This document shows positions 24,131-36,888 of a DNA stretch of 64,000 bases, one piece after another. Source of the DNA: Eukaryota sp. GEM-RC1 (taxonomy: Eukaryota); contig JAUFOQ010000006.1 in assembly GCA_040285855.1 (NCBI GenBank), positions 1,116,001 through 1,180,000 on the forward strand, read 5' to 3'. Position 1 is the first letter of the stretch; each line of letters begins with the position of its first letter. A model generated the notes under the pieces. It was not told the origin of the DNA, made no database searches, and saw only the letters and a program-made list of their open reading frames with translations. The position numbers and the translations under genes are program-made.

Positions 24131-24994
24131 AGTATGAAGATCCCCTCTTTTTGATCAGTAAATTCATTTCCTTTATTATCTCTTGGCAGACATTATGAGG
24201 ATAAGGTAGGTGAAATGTTCCAGTTAGGCAATCCGGACTTTGAGGATATTGATTATTAGATGTATGTACACTGTAGTGTTGTTGTCAATATAAGTAATTA
24301 GTCAAAAAATTCACTTTCTGAAAGGTGATCCACAATGATTAACATGGAATAACAATAATCATGTACATCATCATGTATATAGATGATTAATATTATTAAT
24401 ATAAATAAAGTTAATATAACGACTGTTAATTAGATGACGAAACACACCATTCACTCCACAAAAGCAGGTTGAATAGTTTCATAAATTTACAGGCCAAATG
24501 TACAAACGAAGACGCATATTGATCACCCAAGCTTCATCAGATAGATGTAATCCAAGCACCTTTGGAATGCAAAGAATGACTAATTTCAAGTAGAGTATCT
24601 AATATTTTGCATTAAACAATCGTCTAATACCAACCCATTTCAGTTGACAAATACAGAAAACAATGCAGCGTATGTTAGATGCTGACGTCACTGACTGCGA
24701 AGACATTTTCGTCATTAATCAGTTTTGAACAGACAACATAACCAACTATCCAGGTAAAACAAAAGTGGAGGTCCAATCAAAACCCTAAACATCATATAAT
24801 TAACACAACACAAGTATTGTCTTATTGTTTTCTAACAGTCTTAGTCAAACACCTTCTCAGGAGTTTATGAGACAAGTTTCACGATTTTTCAAGACCTAAA
24901 TCCAATATGCAAGATCATAGTGATTTGGGAACTGGGGACATCAAATTAATCAAAATAATGTTTAAAAAAAGTAATGAGATAGGTACATTTATAC

Positions 24995-25910
24995 TAGACC
25001 TTGGAATCGGATTTTTTATCCCAAATCCGATCCGATCCGAATCTGACTGATCGAGATCTGAATCCGATCCGGATCCTGGTGTTCAATATCCGAATCCGAT
25101 CCGAAAGATCCGATCGGATTCAGCTTTTTATCTAATACATTTCTTTGATTCTGTTTTAGTTGTTGCATTTATCTTACTGTTTTAGTTCCAAAAAGAAATG
25201 ACGTCCTTTGAACTGGTTGTTTGTACAAAAGAAGGATAACAAAATACTATTAAGATTCATTAGTCAAAAAGTAACACCAATTGTCATCATCAAGGAAAAG
25301 TCCATCGGCCATAAATCAATCCAAGTTTTGTTCATGAATTGAGTGAATCCAATAATGTACTGTACTTGAAATGTGTCACATTTGAAAGATACTCTATTTT
25401 CGGACACAGCTAACCCAGCACGGGCAAAGAGTCTTTCACATTGGTACAGACGATACCTGTATTGAACAATAATCAAAGAAGATTATCAGAATCCCAGAGG
25501 ACGTCTACATCCGAATAGTAAGACATTTGAAACAGATGTAGTTTCCGAATTTACTTAGGGAGGAGTCATGTTCAACAGTCATATTTTCATATCAATCGTA
25601 TTAAATAACGTATATTATTAGTAAAGAAACGGGGTTTATGATCAATACAGTTAATTACAGGAATTACTTTTGTAAAAGTAATAACTCAAAGACACCAACT
25701 AATGAATCTATATCAGTTATTAGTAAAGTAATTCAAATGTATTGTGGGTCCACAACAATATCAAAATCATTAGAAATCCGATCGGATATTTCGGATCTGG
25801 TTGGATAAATCCGATCCGAATCCAAATCCGAGCAAAACCAAGAAAATCGCTCCGATCCGAGAAATCCGATCGGATTATCCGATCCGAAGTTGATCCGATT
25901 CCAGGGTCTA
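24995..25910. mobile_element. Non-autonomous hAT element
   Basis: TIR TAGACC(T/C)TGGAATCGGAT; perfect 8-bp TSD ATTTATAC (24987-24994 and 25911-25918); subterminal ATCCG/CCGAT repeats. Confidence 0.92.
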
Positions 25911-25943
25911 ATTTATACATGATAACTTTTTTTAAAAAAAAAG

Positions 25944-27148
25944 TCAACGAGTTACAGAATAAAATTTGGCCAGTACTTTAGATGCAACCTTTGTGAAACA
26001 ACCAACTTCAACATCATTCCGCTCATTCATTTCAGTTTCCATTCTCTCAAGGAAATCATCATCCAAGTCAATCAAAACTTCATAATCACCTCGTTCTGTG
26101 GCTTCAAAGCAACTTTCGCGAACTACTACTTCATTATTTTTCTCAATTTGAAGATCAGTTGCAGGGGAATTGTCAAACTCAAAGATTTCATCTTCAATGG
26201 TTTCTTGAATGTCTTTCAACTCTTTCAGTACATCATTAATTGAAGGTCTTTCACTAGGATCAACTGAAAGACATTTGTTAATCAAAGAAGAAATTGGCAC
26301 AGGAAAACCTTCAGGAAAGCTCAATAAATGTTCTTGTTGTTTGGCCAATACTGCTTCAACAACTAGCATATCTTCAAAGGCAAATCTATTGGCAAACATT
26401 TCATAAAACAATATCCCCAGACTATAAACTGAGAAACTAGATCAAAGATCTTGTTGAAAGCTTCTGGTGGAGTGTATTTGCAAGAAACTTGGAGAGATGA
26501 CGTGTCACTGTTGGTGCGAGAAGAGCCAAACTCAGCAAGCTTAACCTGGGAGTTAACAATGATGATATTTTGGGGCTTAATATCATGGTGGACAATTCCT
26601 TTGGAATGCAAGTACTTCACAGCGGAACATATATCAATAGCTTGAGCAAGAGTGGTGGGAGAAAGGGATGTTGGAACTGGTAAATGTCCAGAACCAAGTT
26701 CCATCAAGATACCAATGTGCTGTGGAAGTCTGGTTATACCAAACACTCGAAGGACAAAAGGATGAGACAGAGAGGCCATGTGGGAGACTTACTTTAAGAG
26801 TCTTGCTTCGTTAAGATCAGCTTTACGTACGAGCTTCAAAGCAACATTGATGTCAGCCATTTCACAGAGAAAAACAGTTCCGCTGATTCCGTTGCCCAAG
26901 TCATTGTTGAGGTTGAAACTGAGGTATTCGGACGCGATCTCGGGTAAATCACATGAAGTATTAGATAAAGGGCCAATAGTTTCATGTAAAGCGTAACCAT
27001 CAACAAGACCAACGAGACGTGTTTCCAATATGCAAACTGGACAATTCCGGTCAAGCTCCAGCCAGTGTGTTATACATGGAACACATACATAGTGGCCACA
27101 TGGTAGTGGATCTTCTTCAACGTTTAAATCACAGATTCCACAACGCAT
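25944..27148 (-). pseudogene. Truncated, disrupted paralog of the RING-kinase-Sel1 gene
   Basis: High identity to 38100-39240; in-frame TAA at ~26790, frameshifts, DFG changed to EFG, Sel1 array missing after the first repeat. Confidence 0.85.
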
Positions 27149-27212
27149 CAGTATATTAGATTGATCCAGAAATGTGATGATTTACTTTCTGTTTCATTCG
27201 GACATGAACTTG

Positions 27213-27450
27213 CACTCCAGGAAACATTTAGTCTCAGTACAAAGTCTCAGGTCACTAATTGATTCGAGCATAGAAGATGACGATCGTTGGTATGTTGGTC
27301 CAAATAAAATCTGAAGATTGAACAATGAAGTCTACTTTAACACTTTACAATATTAGTTTCGTTACAAAATTTGTCTCACTGAGATTTGGCGAGACCAATT
27401 TTGGGATTGGTAAGTAAAATCTCAATTGAGACTAATTGTTTCCTACAGTG
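27213..27450. mobile_element. Short MITE of the same family as 22396-23176
   Basis: Ends CACTCCAGGAAACATTTAGTCTCA and TGAGACTAATTGTTTCCTACAGTG; shared internal motifs. Confidence 0.7.
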
Positions 27451-27639
27451 TACATACAAGAGTTAAATACTGCTACTGTACCTCCGAGTGTATTCCAAAA
27501 AGAAACTTGATAAATTTAATGCTAAAATCCCTCTGTTGAATGGTGAAAATTTCAAAAGGAAAAATATTGTACTAAATTCAAATTGTTGAATTCGGTTTCA
27601 CACTCGAATTATTGGTTGTCCCCAAATGGTTTTTCGTTG

Positions 27640-27870
27640 TATGGTTTTTTAGGTGAATATGCAGTATCACTTCTTAGAACTTTTGATCTGAGACTTTGGA
27701 AAAATCGAATCGTGTTTGCTATCATTAAAGGAATGGTGACTTCTGTTTCTGATGCTTTATTCCATGTTGGCAGACATTATGAGGATAAGTTAGGTGAGAA
27801 TTTCCGCATAGGCAATCTGGACTGTGAGAATCTTTGTTTTTAGGTGTATGTTCGCTGTATTGTTGTTAAT
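27640..27870 (+). mobile_element. REL/CRE-type retroelement 3' fragment (family C)
   Basis: SLYGFLGEYA...LWKNRIVFAIIK; 3' part repeated at ~24183-24290 and ~13820-13915. Confidence 0.65.
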
Positions 27871-28028
27871 ACAGATTTCTTAATTAGTACAAAATATGTT
27901 AAAATGAAATCGTATTTCAGTGCAGTAAGCGACAATAACCTCGAATACGGTAGTAGTGCCAATAGACAAGTATTACCAATATGGTTGCCCGTTTGTTGAA
28001 GTATGACTCTTGTTCTACTTTCATGTCT

Positions 28029-28860
28029 AAAAAACGGGGTTTATGATCAATCAGTGAAATAAATGCATTTGCAGAAGTTAATAACTAACAGACACTAACT
28101 AAAGTATCTAAACTATGATCCTTCTGTCCATCACCGAACAACTTACCTAAAATTGAATTAAAATATCTGTGCATTGAACGAAACAACGCAAACGTTAACC
28201 TACTCAACCAAAAATTTTCATTGAAAACTTTACCATACTGAGAACACAATTTACAAAAGGAAGTTAAAAAACCTTGTGCAGCTGGTCCAATATTACCGTA
28301 TATCGACATCGCAAAAGGTTGAAACACAAAGAATTGTACCTGTCAACCTTTAATTGGTTAATTAAGTGACAGTACTTTGTATTTTTTTCCTTTTTCAGCC
28401 ACTTCAAGAGCAGAAAAATCATCATCAAAAATTTTGGAAATTGATCTTGAATTACAAGGATCAACAGTCGTGAAATCCATGATAATTTCCTGACAAGATA
28501 ACCAAGGACCAATCAAATCACCACGACTTCTATCAATTTTTGGCTGATCAGAAAGATTAGCAAGTAAAGGTTTAATTTTTCCATGAAAACCATTAGCCTT
28601 AAACATATCCAAACATGTATCCCGGATACTGCTGTGAATAATTGATCGAAAATGAATAAATTGATGACAGTTAACTAAATGCTGAAAATTTGAAGCCTTT
28701 GAACGACCACAAAGACATGGAGAATGCTTCAAAAGACCTGAAGGCCATAAACCTAACATAAGTCTCATGTTTATAAGCCATTCATGATCCTTAAGATTAA
28801 AACAAAATTTTCTTGGCAAACGAGAAACAAATGAAGACGCAGATCTCGAAGAGTCTAAAA
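28029..28860 (-). mobile_element. Longest REL/CRE-type non-LTR retrotransposon fragment (zinc knuckle plus restriction-like endonuclease), family A
   Basis: CLC...FQHLVNC (CCHC), IIHSSIRD (RH-like), RGDL...IMDFTTVD (PD..D), AEKGKK.KY, FQPFAMSIYGNIG; ends in TGATCATAAACCCCG(T)n. Confidence 0.85.
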
Positions 28861-29249
28861 CACAGACATTCTTCCATCAAAAAGTCTGAATGTATTGACG
28901 TCATCAATGTTGATGACTGTTGATAAGGGTATACCCATATCAAAGTAAGGCTTTGGAACTGTACGGGTGTTGACATCCATATTCAAGAAAAATATGTTGG
29001 AACGACTTTCTTGACTCAAAATCTCATGTTAAATTTAATAAGGGTCTTCTAGGTGTTCTTTTGTTATACTTACACAAAAACCTCATTACCGTTTCTTGGC
29101 TGATTGTAATGATTGGTGATTTACGTTGAGCACATTCAGAATAACGGAATAAGCAGTGTTATCGACTAGGGAAATAATACATCATTTAGAACGTCGAGAC
29201 TTTTGACTGAATAGATTACGAGTCTAATTATAGATAGTTGAGAGTTTTT

Positions 29250-29604
29250 TACAAAGTACTGTCACTTAACTAACCAATTGAATGTTGACAGGTACAATTC
29301 TCATGTGTTTCAACCTTTTGAGATGTCGATTTACGGTAATATTAGACCAGCTGCACAAGGCTTTTTAACTTCCTTTGGTAAATTGTGTTCTGAGCAAGGT
29401 AAAGTTTTCAAGGAAAATTTTTGGTTGAGTAGGTTAACGTTTGCGTTGTTTCGTTCAACGCATAGATATTTTAATTCAATTTTAGGTAAGTTGTTCGGTG
29501 ATGGACAGAAGGATCAGAGTTTAGATACTTTAGTTAGTGTCTGTTAGTTATTAACTTCTACAAATGCATTTATTTCACTGATTGATCATAAACCCCGTTT
29601 TTTT
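29250..29604 (+). mobile_element. Family A retroelement 3' end, inverted relative to 28029-28380
   Basis: Near-identical reverse complement of 28029-28380; ends TGATCATAAACCCCG-T7. Confidence 0.88.
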
Positions 29605-29981
29605 ATTAGTGTAGGGTCAGGGCATTCGATTACAATATTGTGGTCTACAAACAGAAAGATTGGTTCATTTGAGTTGCTATTCTGTCGCCCAATCCTGTAC
29701 TTAAAGCTGAAAAGTCATGTCATACTGACAAAGAGAAGTTAAGAAGTATTGCAGAGACCACAGAAACCTCTTGCTAGCCGAAAAAGGACAGATGACACAA
29801 AGGATGCCAAAGCTTGCAGTATACAGCATTAATACAATGGATCAACATACAGAACTTATGAAGCTAAATTGGATCTAGCCATTGGAATCCAAACATAGAG
29901 TCAATGAGAGACAAGGCAAGATTTGATGACTAGACAAAGATATTTCGACTTTTCTCCAAAAATAACACTACTCTCCGTTTC

Positions 29982-30722
29982 ATGTCTTCTTCTGTTCATT
30001 CTCGACGCGGACTCATTCGCTTCTCTAACAGACCTTCCACGTTTCGAAGTCTGGATCACGCGACAGCCATCTTACAGTCCAAAAATGATCCCCATAGTAT
30101 CGCGCTTCTCACAATCACTAGCCGCATGAATAATGGCGAAGTGCTGACGATATCTGAGATTCGCTCTATCCTACAACTCCCCTCCACCATTACCGAAGAT
30201 GAAGTCATCAACACCATCGTGAGTCACTTACCCCTCTACGTCTACAAAGAACCCGGTCTTAAAGACTCTATCTGTGTTCCCGTGGACGTGATTGAGTTGC
30301 TTCACGTTGTTGCTAACCAACACCGCCCTCCTGGTCCTTTCAATACTCCCATTGTTGACTCTCAACCCCTCAAGCCCAAACGTGGTTCTTACAGCTGTTC
30401 AATCTGTGGTAAACTGGGACATACCAAAGCCAAGTGTCCAGGAAGATGGCAAGGTGGAGCTCAGAACATACAGCAGAATCCCATGCTTAGCTCCAACTCT
30501 CCTCCAATGGTGATGCAATCCCAGTACATGTCTCCAATGTCTCAACGAAGCCCGCAATCGTTTCCTTTTGATCCCCAGGTTCATCAGCAACATGAAATGT
30601 TCCAGCCTTTTCTTCCCTCCCTCAATGCTGACCTCATTGTGGACGGGATTCGTAATTCTGTGTACATTTTTTTAGTTTTTTCTAGTATGTTCATGAGTAA
30701 GTTGTTGTGTTTAATAAACTAA
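29982..30722 (+). CDS. Zinc-knuckle (CCHC) protein with Q/P/S/M-rich tail
   Basis: 246-aa ORF containing CSICGKLGHTKAKC. Confidence 0.7.
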   Translation: MSSSVHSRRGLIRFSNRPSTFRSLDHATAILQSKNDPHSIALLTITSRMNNGEVLTISEIRSILQLPSTITEDEVINTIVSHLPLYVYKEPGLKDSICVPVDVIELLHVVANQHRPPGPFNTPIVDSQPLKPKRGSYSCSICGKLGHTKAKCPGRWQGGAQNIQQNPMLSSNSPPMVMQSQYMSPMSQRSPQSFPFDPQVHQQHEMFQPFLPSLNADLIVDGIRNSVYIFLVFSSMFMSKLLCLIN

Positions 30723-30973
30723 GGAGTGAAATATGGAACTACTACAGTAGTAACACGTCCAGATTAAGATACAATGACAACAGTTGAACTATAACATAAT
30801 TTATACAACGGGTCTCAGAATATTCAGAGGACACAAACCAAATACTTCTTCATTGTAAAGAAGAAGGTTCTACCAATGGTGAAACTTTTAAGAAATATGC
30901 GCAACTAGAATACATCTCAACACTTAAAACACGAGTCTACGTGAAACAAAAGAACTAAACAAAATCAAACATC

Positions 30974-32166
30974 TCATGCTTGTAACATAAAACTATTAAC
31001 AAAACTATAGTCATAGAGGGGTAAATGATCAATTAACTTTCTCTTCTTCAAAAGCAACTGTTGTTGAGAGTTAGCATCACTTTCCAAAGCAATCATGACC
31101 CCAATACACCTCTCAATCAATTGTGATCTACTTGTCGACTTAGGAGATAAACAATCACACTCAATGTCTGGACCCTCAATCAAATCCTCCAAAACTATTT
31201 CCAATTCCCTTTTGAGAATAACTTTTCAATATCAGAAGTATTTTCCTTACATTGATGTTCTATTGAGGAGAGCAAGACAACACTACTCTTAACATTAATT
31301 ATAAGAGTACTAAGAGTAACATCAGCTGATGACGTGGCAGTTGATGACGTGGCAGACGTACATCCTAGAAGAGATGGGAGAGATCCAGGTACTAATTTAG
31401 CAGCAGATTCTGAGCAGAAGAACGATTGGGAAAGAAATCCAAGATTGTGGAGGCACAGGGAGGAGATGTTAAGGAAACAGGATAACTGTCGTTTGAATGA
31501 TGAAGGGAGTGATGTGAGAGCCACTGCGGGTGGAGAGAAGCAAGGAGATGAGGTGGGATCGAATACAAAAGGATCTGAGTTGATGTCGTCTGAAGAAAGA
31601 AGAGAGAGCAGAGAGGAGAGAACCGAGAAGCAAGAGGAGGTGTTAGAGCTATGGGAATAGAATAAGGCAGCAAGTATGTGCAGGGAAACCGAATTGGGGA
31701 AGAGCTTTAAACCTTGGACAGCAAAGAAGATAGAACTCGAAAGATGACTAGTGGACGTGAGGATTTCTGAGGATATAGAGGGGACAGAAGCAAGAAGAGA
31801 AAGAAACGAATACAGTGATTCATTGGGGAATTGAGGAAGAAGTTCTAGTGCCAACTTCCAAGCTTTTGATGGATTGTGAAGCCTAGCAAAACATAGAGCT
31901 CTGGTAAGTTGAGTTAAAGGCTCACTTATTGAATTGGCCAGGACAATGAGTGCACCTGACGGATCATTTTTGAGCAGATGCATCCAAGACTGCTGTAAAG
32001 GAGGCGCTAGTGATGGAATGTCAAAGAATTTCCATAGACGAGAAGAAAGTAACAGACGAGCAGCTTCAGTATGACTTTCGGAACTGTTACATGAGACAAG
32101 TGTCTGGATATCTGCTGCTGATTTAGCCGCAAGTAGAGTATTGTGAGGAGAACCCAAATGAGACAT
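30974..32166 (-). CDS. Hypothetical helical-repeat (TPR-like) protein; frameshift at an A-run near 31225
   Basis: ORFs 31195-32166 and 30974-31204 join if one A is added; Leu/Ala-rich helical pattern. Confidence 0.6.
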
Positions 32167-32176
32167 TTTCTTGAAA

Positions 32177-32685
32177 ATGTCTTACTCTCAATCTTCAGAT
32201 GATGAGTTCTTAGATTATGAGGATGACGTTCCTACGCCTTCACCACCACCTATTAAGAAGAGTCGTCTAACTCGTCTATCCCGAATGAAATCTTCTTCAG
32301 ATACCACTCCAATGACAAGTCCGGCTGTTTCACCTGCACCTGTTGCATCTCCTGGTCCTGCTTTAGTCGTCCCACTTACTTGGAAGAATCCTAACTGGAA
32401 CAAACACAAAAGAAGAAAGCTTTTCGTAATCTCAAACAGATTCTAGCTGCTGAACATGTAGATACTCTTCCTGTCGCTCTTCCGACGTTTAAGTCTATTG
32501 AAGCTCCGCCGTCACTGTTACCAAAGCAGAAGTACTGCGACTTGACGAGTTTACCGGCAAAGTATACCGATCCGTCTTCAGGACTGTATTATTTCAATTC
32601 ACACGTTTTTCAGTATATTCAGACTCTAAATTTGTCCCAAATTCAAACATTTTTAAAAATTAGAAAAGAGATGATTATTAAATAA
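32177..32685 (+). CDS. IES6: INO80 complex subunit Ies6/INO80C (YL1-C domain); frameshift at an A-run near 32410
   Basis: WKNPNW...FRNLKQIL...FKSIEAPPSLLPKQKYCDLTSLPAKYTDPSSGLYY matches the Ies6 signature. The C-terminal half is missing from the ORF track. Confidence 0.9.
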
Positions 32686-32975
32686 TTGTTTTCTATTGTT
32701 ATGGTTTCTTTTTGTAACTTACACTGGTTCTAGTTAGAGCAGTTTCAGTTCTGTTTCAGATATGTTTTATAAACATCTGTGTCCGTATTATCATGTATTG
32801 TCCCGCTTTCCGGATCGACTTTTTTCTGGGAAAACATCATAACTAATCCAAGAAGAATATGGTAAGAATTTAAGATTAGTTACATACATCGTCCAGCAAA
32901 ACAAAAAGTTAACCTAATATTCAAAGAAACCAGAGTTTACGTGTTGAGAGATTTTAAAAATTGAATAATATCTAC

Positions 32976-33728
32976 ATGTTGTTACTCGCACTGATAGTAT
33001 TCCTTCTGCTTACTGCATCTTGCACCGGAGAAAAACCCATTTGTGTCGCTTCCTACAAAAAAGCGTCAATGTCATACTCCAACAAAGAGTTACTTCGTGA
33101 TGTAAAAACACTTGTCTTCAGGAAGGGAGAATACACCTCTTACAAACGTACATATCCAATTCCTTCATTGAAATGTGTTGGATATACAGATCGATGTTCG
33201 AAGTATCATCCATCCACTATCTCATGTACGAATGTCGGATGGGATGGTACTGATGTTATTTGGGAATGCAAGGCAGAGCTATCCTCCGAAGTACGGCTTG
33301 GAAAAACAAACGTGATATGCGAAGGACATGACTATCCGGACGATCCATATATTACCCGCGGAAGTTGTGGGTTGGAGTATACCTTGAACCTAATGTCTGT
33401 TTTCCCAACTCGCACTATTGTATGCTTGGTCATTGTCTTACTCCTGGTTTGGGGTTTGTTTATCTACGTTAACCGACGTCAGAATACCTCTCGTCTACGC
33501 AGGAATAGACCTGTCCACCCCGATCTCCCAGAGGGAGAAGTACTAACTTATAAAGAAACTCCTACTACTAGAGAATCTACAACACAACAAAGCTCTAGTC
33601 ATGTGTACCACTCTAGTTTATTTGAGGATGTTTGTCTCTACAGTCCTTCAACTCCATCGTATTCTACACCCTCATTTGAGAATTCTCCCCGCACTTCAAC
33701 TTCATTTGCATCCACAACCCGTCGTTAG
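32976..33728 (+). CDS. SARAF: SARAF/TMEM66 (DUF1183) family protein
   Basis: Signal peptide, LLRDVKTLVF, GWDGTDVIWECKAEL, VICEGHDYPDDPYITRGSCGLEYTL, TM helix, terminal TSFASTTRR. Confidence 0.9.
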   Translation: MLLLALIVFLLLTASCTGEKPICVASYKKASMSYSNKELLRDVKTLVFRKGEYTSYKRTYPIPSLKCVGYTDRCSKYHPSTISCTNVGWDGTDVIWECKAELSSEVRLGKTNVICEGHDYPDDPYITRGSCGLEYTLNLMSVFPTRTIVCLVIVLLLVWGLFIYVNRRQNTSRLRRNRPVHPDLPEGEVLTYKETPTTRESTTQQSSSHVYHSSLFEDVCLYSPSTPSYSTPSFENSPRTSTSFASTTRR

Positions 33729-36700
33729 TTCATTTTTAAAATTGTATTGTATAAAAATGTTGGAATTCAAAACCACTCTTTTCAAATCATTCAACGTGTT
33801 TGTCAGGAAACCCGGTGTTGGTGTTCACAGCTGACTTATGGGTGTGTACTTATCCATCATGTTAATTAATTTGTTTGATATATTAAAGGGAACATAACAA
33901 GTTTGACAAATCAACGTTTGAAGTCCGAAGAAATTTTTGAAAATAGACTTTTGAGCGCAAAGTCTGAATTCCTAGCCGTGGTACAATAGTTTCAAATTCA
34001 ATATCTATAGAATTTGAAAAACTGACTGCCTTTTCAAAATCACTGAATCAAGTTAATAGCAAGACCTACCTCAGTCTCTCTCTGTGTGTCGGTCTCACGT
34101 TTTCTGTACACGTCAGCAGCGGTTAATTTAGCCTTTAGATTTTTGTAGATATTGTTAGTAATTTGTATGTTCTATAACTATTCATAGGACTATTCAACAT
34201 CATTAGTCTTACCCTAAAACTCAACTCCCGAATTTTGTGATATCATTAATTCATTTATATACTGCTTTTAGTAGGGTAATACAAAAGCCACTTGACAGTC
34301 ACACAACCAAAATATATATATTGAATAAACTAAATACAAAGAAAAACTATTACAAGTTGTAGTCTCAAACCTGTCGAACGAACTGCCCAATTTCGAAAAA
34401 CAGACGACAAAAAACTTGGACAGAATAGACAGAAATATCTATACATTTGACTTATACAGTGAGAAAGCAAAATTATTATTCCAGTCCGAAAAGTTATACT
34501 TTTAAAAAAATTCAGAACACATTTTTTTTAAAACAAAAACATCCTTAGTAAAATGACAATTATTAAAGTTTGTATATCATAACTCTGTTCATAACCTATC
34601 TTGAAAAAATTGTTACATTAAAACCAAGGTGAAATGTATTTTTATGAAATTGCATTTTTCGGGATCATGTCACAATTTGTTTGGAAGACAATTTACTCAA
34701 CTCAGCTTTACTAACCGTCATCACGTTAACCTTCCAACATGTTACATCTATGATGAACAACGACCAAAAGTTTGGCCGCAGTTTTCGGTTTTAGAGTGAT
34801 ATTAAGTGATCATTTGTACTTTATTTGATATTAGAATGATTGTTGAGCAAAAAAAAGAATTTTATGAATAATATGTTTGCGAGAGCATTGGCTGAAGCTT
34901 TGAATTTAATACTACAGTTACAAGTATTTTCCCCATTTTTAATTCTTCTTCTTTACTAGCTTTAAAGATCTTCAAATTCCTTGTCATTCTGCCGTCATCT
35001 GTTCAGCTCTCTGAATTTTTCCACAACCTGTTCACTCTCAACTATGATCTCTTCTACTTATCACGTTCTCAGTGACTATAATCTCACGAAGATTGTGTCG
35101 TTTGCAGAGCAGAAGTTTAGAGTACTAAATCCTCTGTAATCAAACCATTACATTTGGCGGGAAATCAATCGAAGTGAACAATGTTAAGCTGTTCATTCTA
35201 CGTCCTTTCGATCCCTCTGGTTCTTAGAGTTTGGGGATAAACTCGAGAACCCCATTGACTTCTCTCATCTTCCTGTTGACTCCTACAACTTCTTTCAGAA
35301 GAGTCGTCATTTAGACTATCTACGGAAGTTTTTTTAAATCACATTATATGGATAAAATTGAGTCGTAAATTGTACTGCACGTCTACTTGTTAATGTTTTA
35401 ATGGGCAAATTAATACCAACTCCCTTTTCTATTACTTCACCAACACTTCACCCAACAGTGGTGTGTTATGTTAAGTCAAACGACATGGATTAACTAATAT
35501 GGGTGAAAGCTTTCAATCCAAGGTGAACTGATTGTCCAAAACCTTTGATTCTTTAGTAACAAAATCCAAACAAGTTCTTTAAAGGTTCCACATTGATAGA
35601 AGTTGGCTCATACAAGACATATAATTGACCAGATTAGAAAGAAAGCTCAAAATACGGACCAATCTTACCCATTCTGATTTTTGATTTTAAACAATTGACA
35701 GGGTCAATTGTCACCTAATTATTGTTAATTGACAAAACTGATTGAAAATTCTGCTTCTTATTTTAACTCTCCCATGGATTGGCTTTGATAAATTCCAGTA
35801 AAAAATTACAAAACACATCTGAGTGAATTCTTCACATGTAATACCTTGAAAGTCTAGAAACTGATTAAATTAGAATTGAGACCAGAAAAAATAAAAAAAA
35901 AGATTCTGAGTAGTGAAAATTCCTTCCTCCACTGAATAGAATCATTTACTGAGATAATTGATACAAAAAAGATCAATTCTTCACCTTAAAGAATTCTTTT
36001 TCAATAGTTATGAATACTTCCTTACTGAGCTCAAAGGAAACTAGTTGATAAGAACGAGTAGTGGTAAGAGAAGACGAGCTATCAAGGATAGAGATGAAGA
36101 GATTCACTAGTATAGACTCTAACAGAATCTTTCAAGTTTTTGTGATACATTCAAGAAGGTCTCTGTCTAGGAGAGACTAGTGAAGTGAGAGAAGAACAAC
36201 TTCTTAAGAGCACAGTAGAAGAAAACTCGAAGGAAGAGAATCGGCTTGATGACGTGAGGTTGCGCCGCCGATACTGTGGTGATCTCAGTCCACGAGAAGC
36301 AAGGCTAAGAGGATTAGGAAGCTACATGAGGTTGGGAGATGTTACTTCTAGGTGTTCAAACTTGTTCTACACTATTCTCTTGTAGATTTAACTATCACGA
36401 GCACATTGCTCCAGAATTAACTCTCTAGTACTTCCCTTTCGTGATCCTCTCTTCTTATCGGTCTAAACTCTCTTTCTCTGCATTACTATGACTATTTCGT
36501 TGACGACACTAATCGTCCTTCACAGGTTTTCAAAACTAACTTTGACTTATTTGTGGTGTATTTTGAGAATGTCCTATTTACAGAGTCAAATCAAGACACT
36601 TGTGCTGTTAAATGTTGCTTTCAGAGCGATCAACATTGGTTCTCTTAACAAAACTCCTATAAAATTGTCTTTTGTTAAATTCGGAGCAATGGATGTTTTG

Positions 36701-36888
36701 ATGATGAGTAAATCATTAACATCTTTAAGCAGAATTGTTCAACTGTGCGTGTTGGCATATTAACAGAGAAAGCACTTTCTAAACGTTTGCACCGATAAAT
36801 CACGTGTTTTATTGATTTATGGGCAATAAAGTTTGGTCTATATACACATTGTCATAAAGTCTAAATTACTAACATTGGATTCTGAGCA

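Noticed and set aside
34870..36400. Leucine-rich-repeat gene
   Set aside because: Only a short RALAEAL..NTTVTSI-like scrap near 34880 and stop-ridden fragments; too decayed to delimit.
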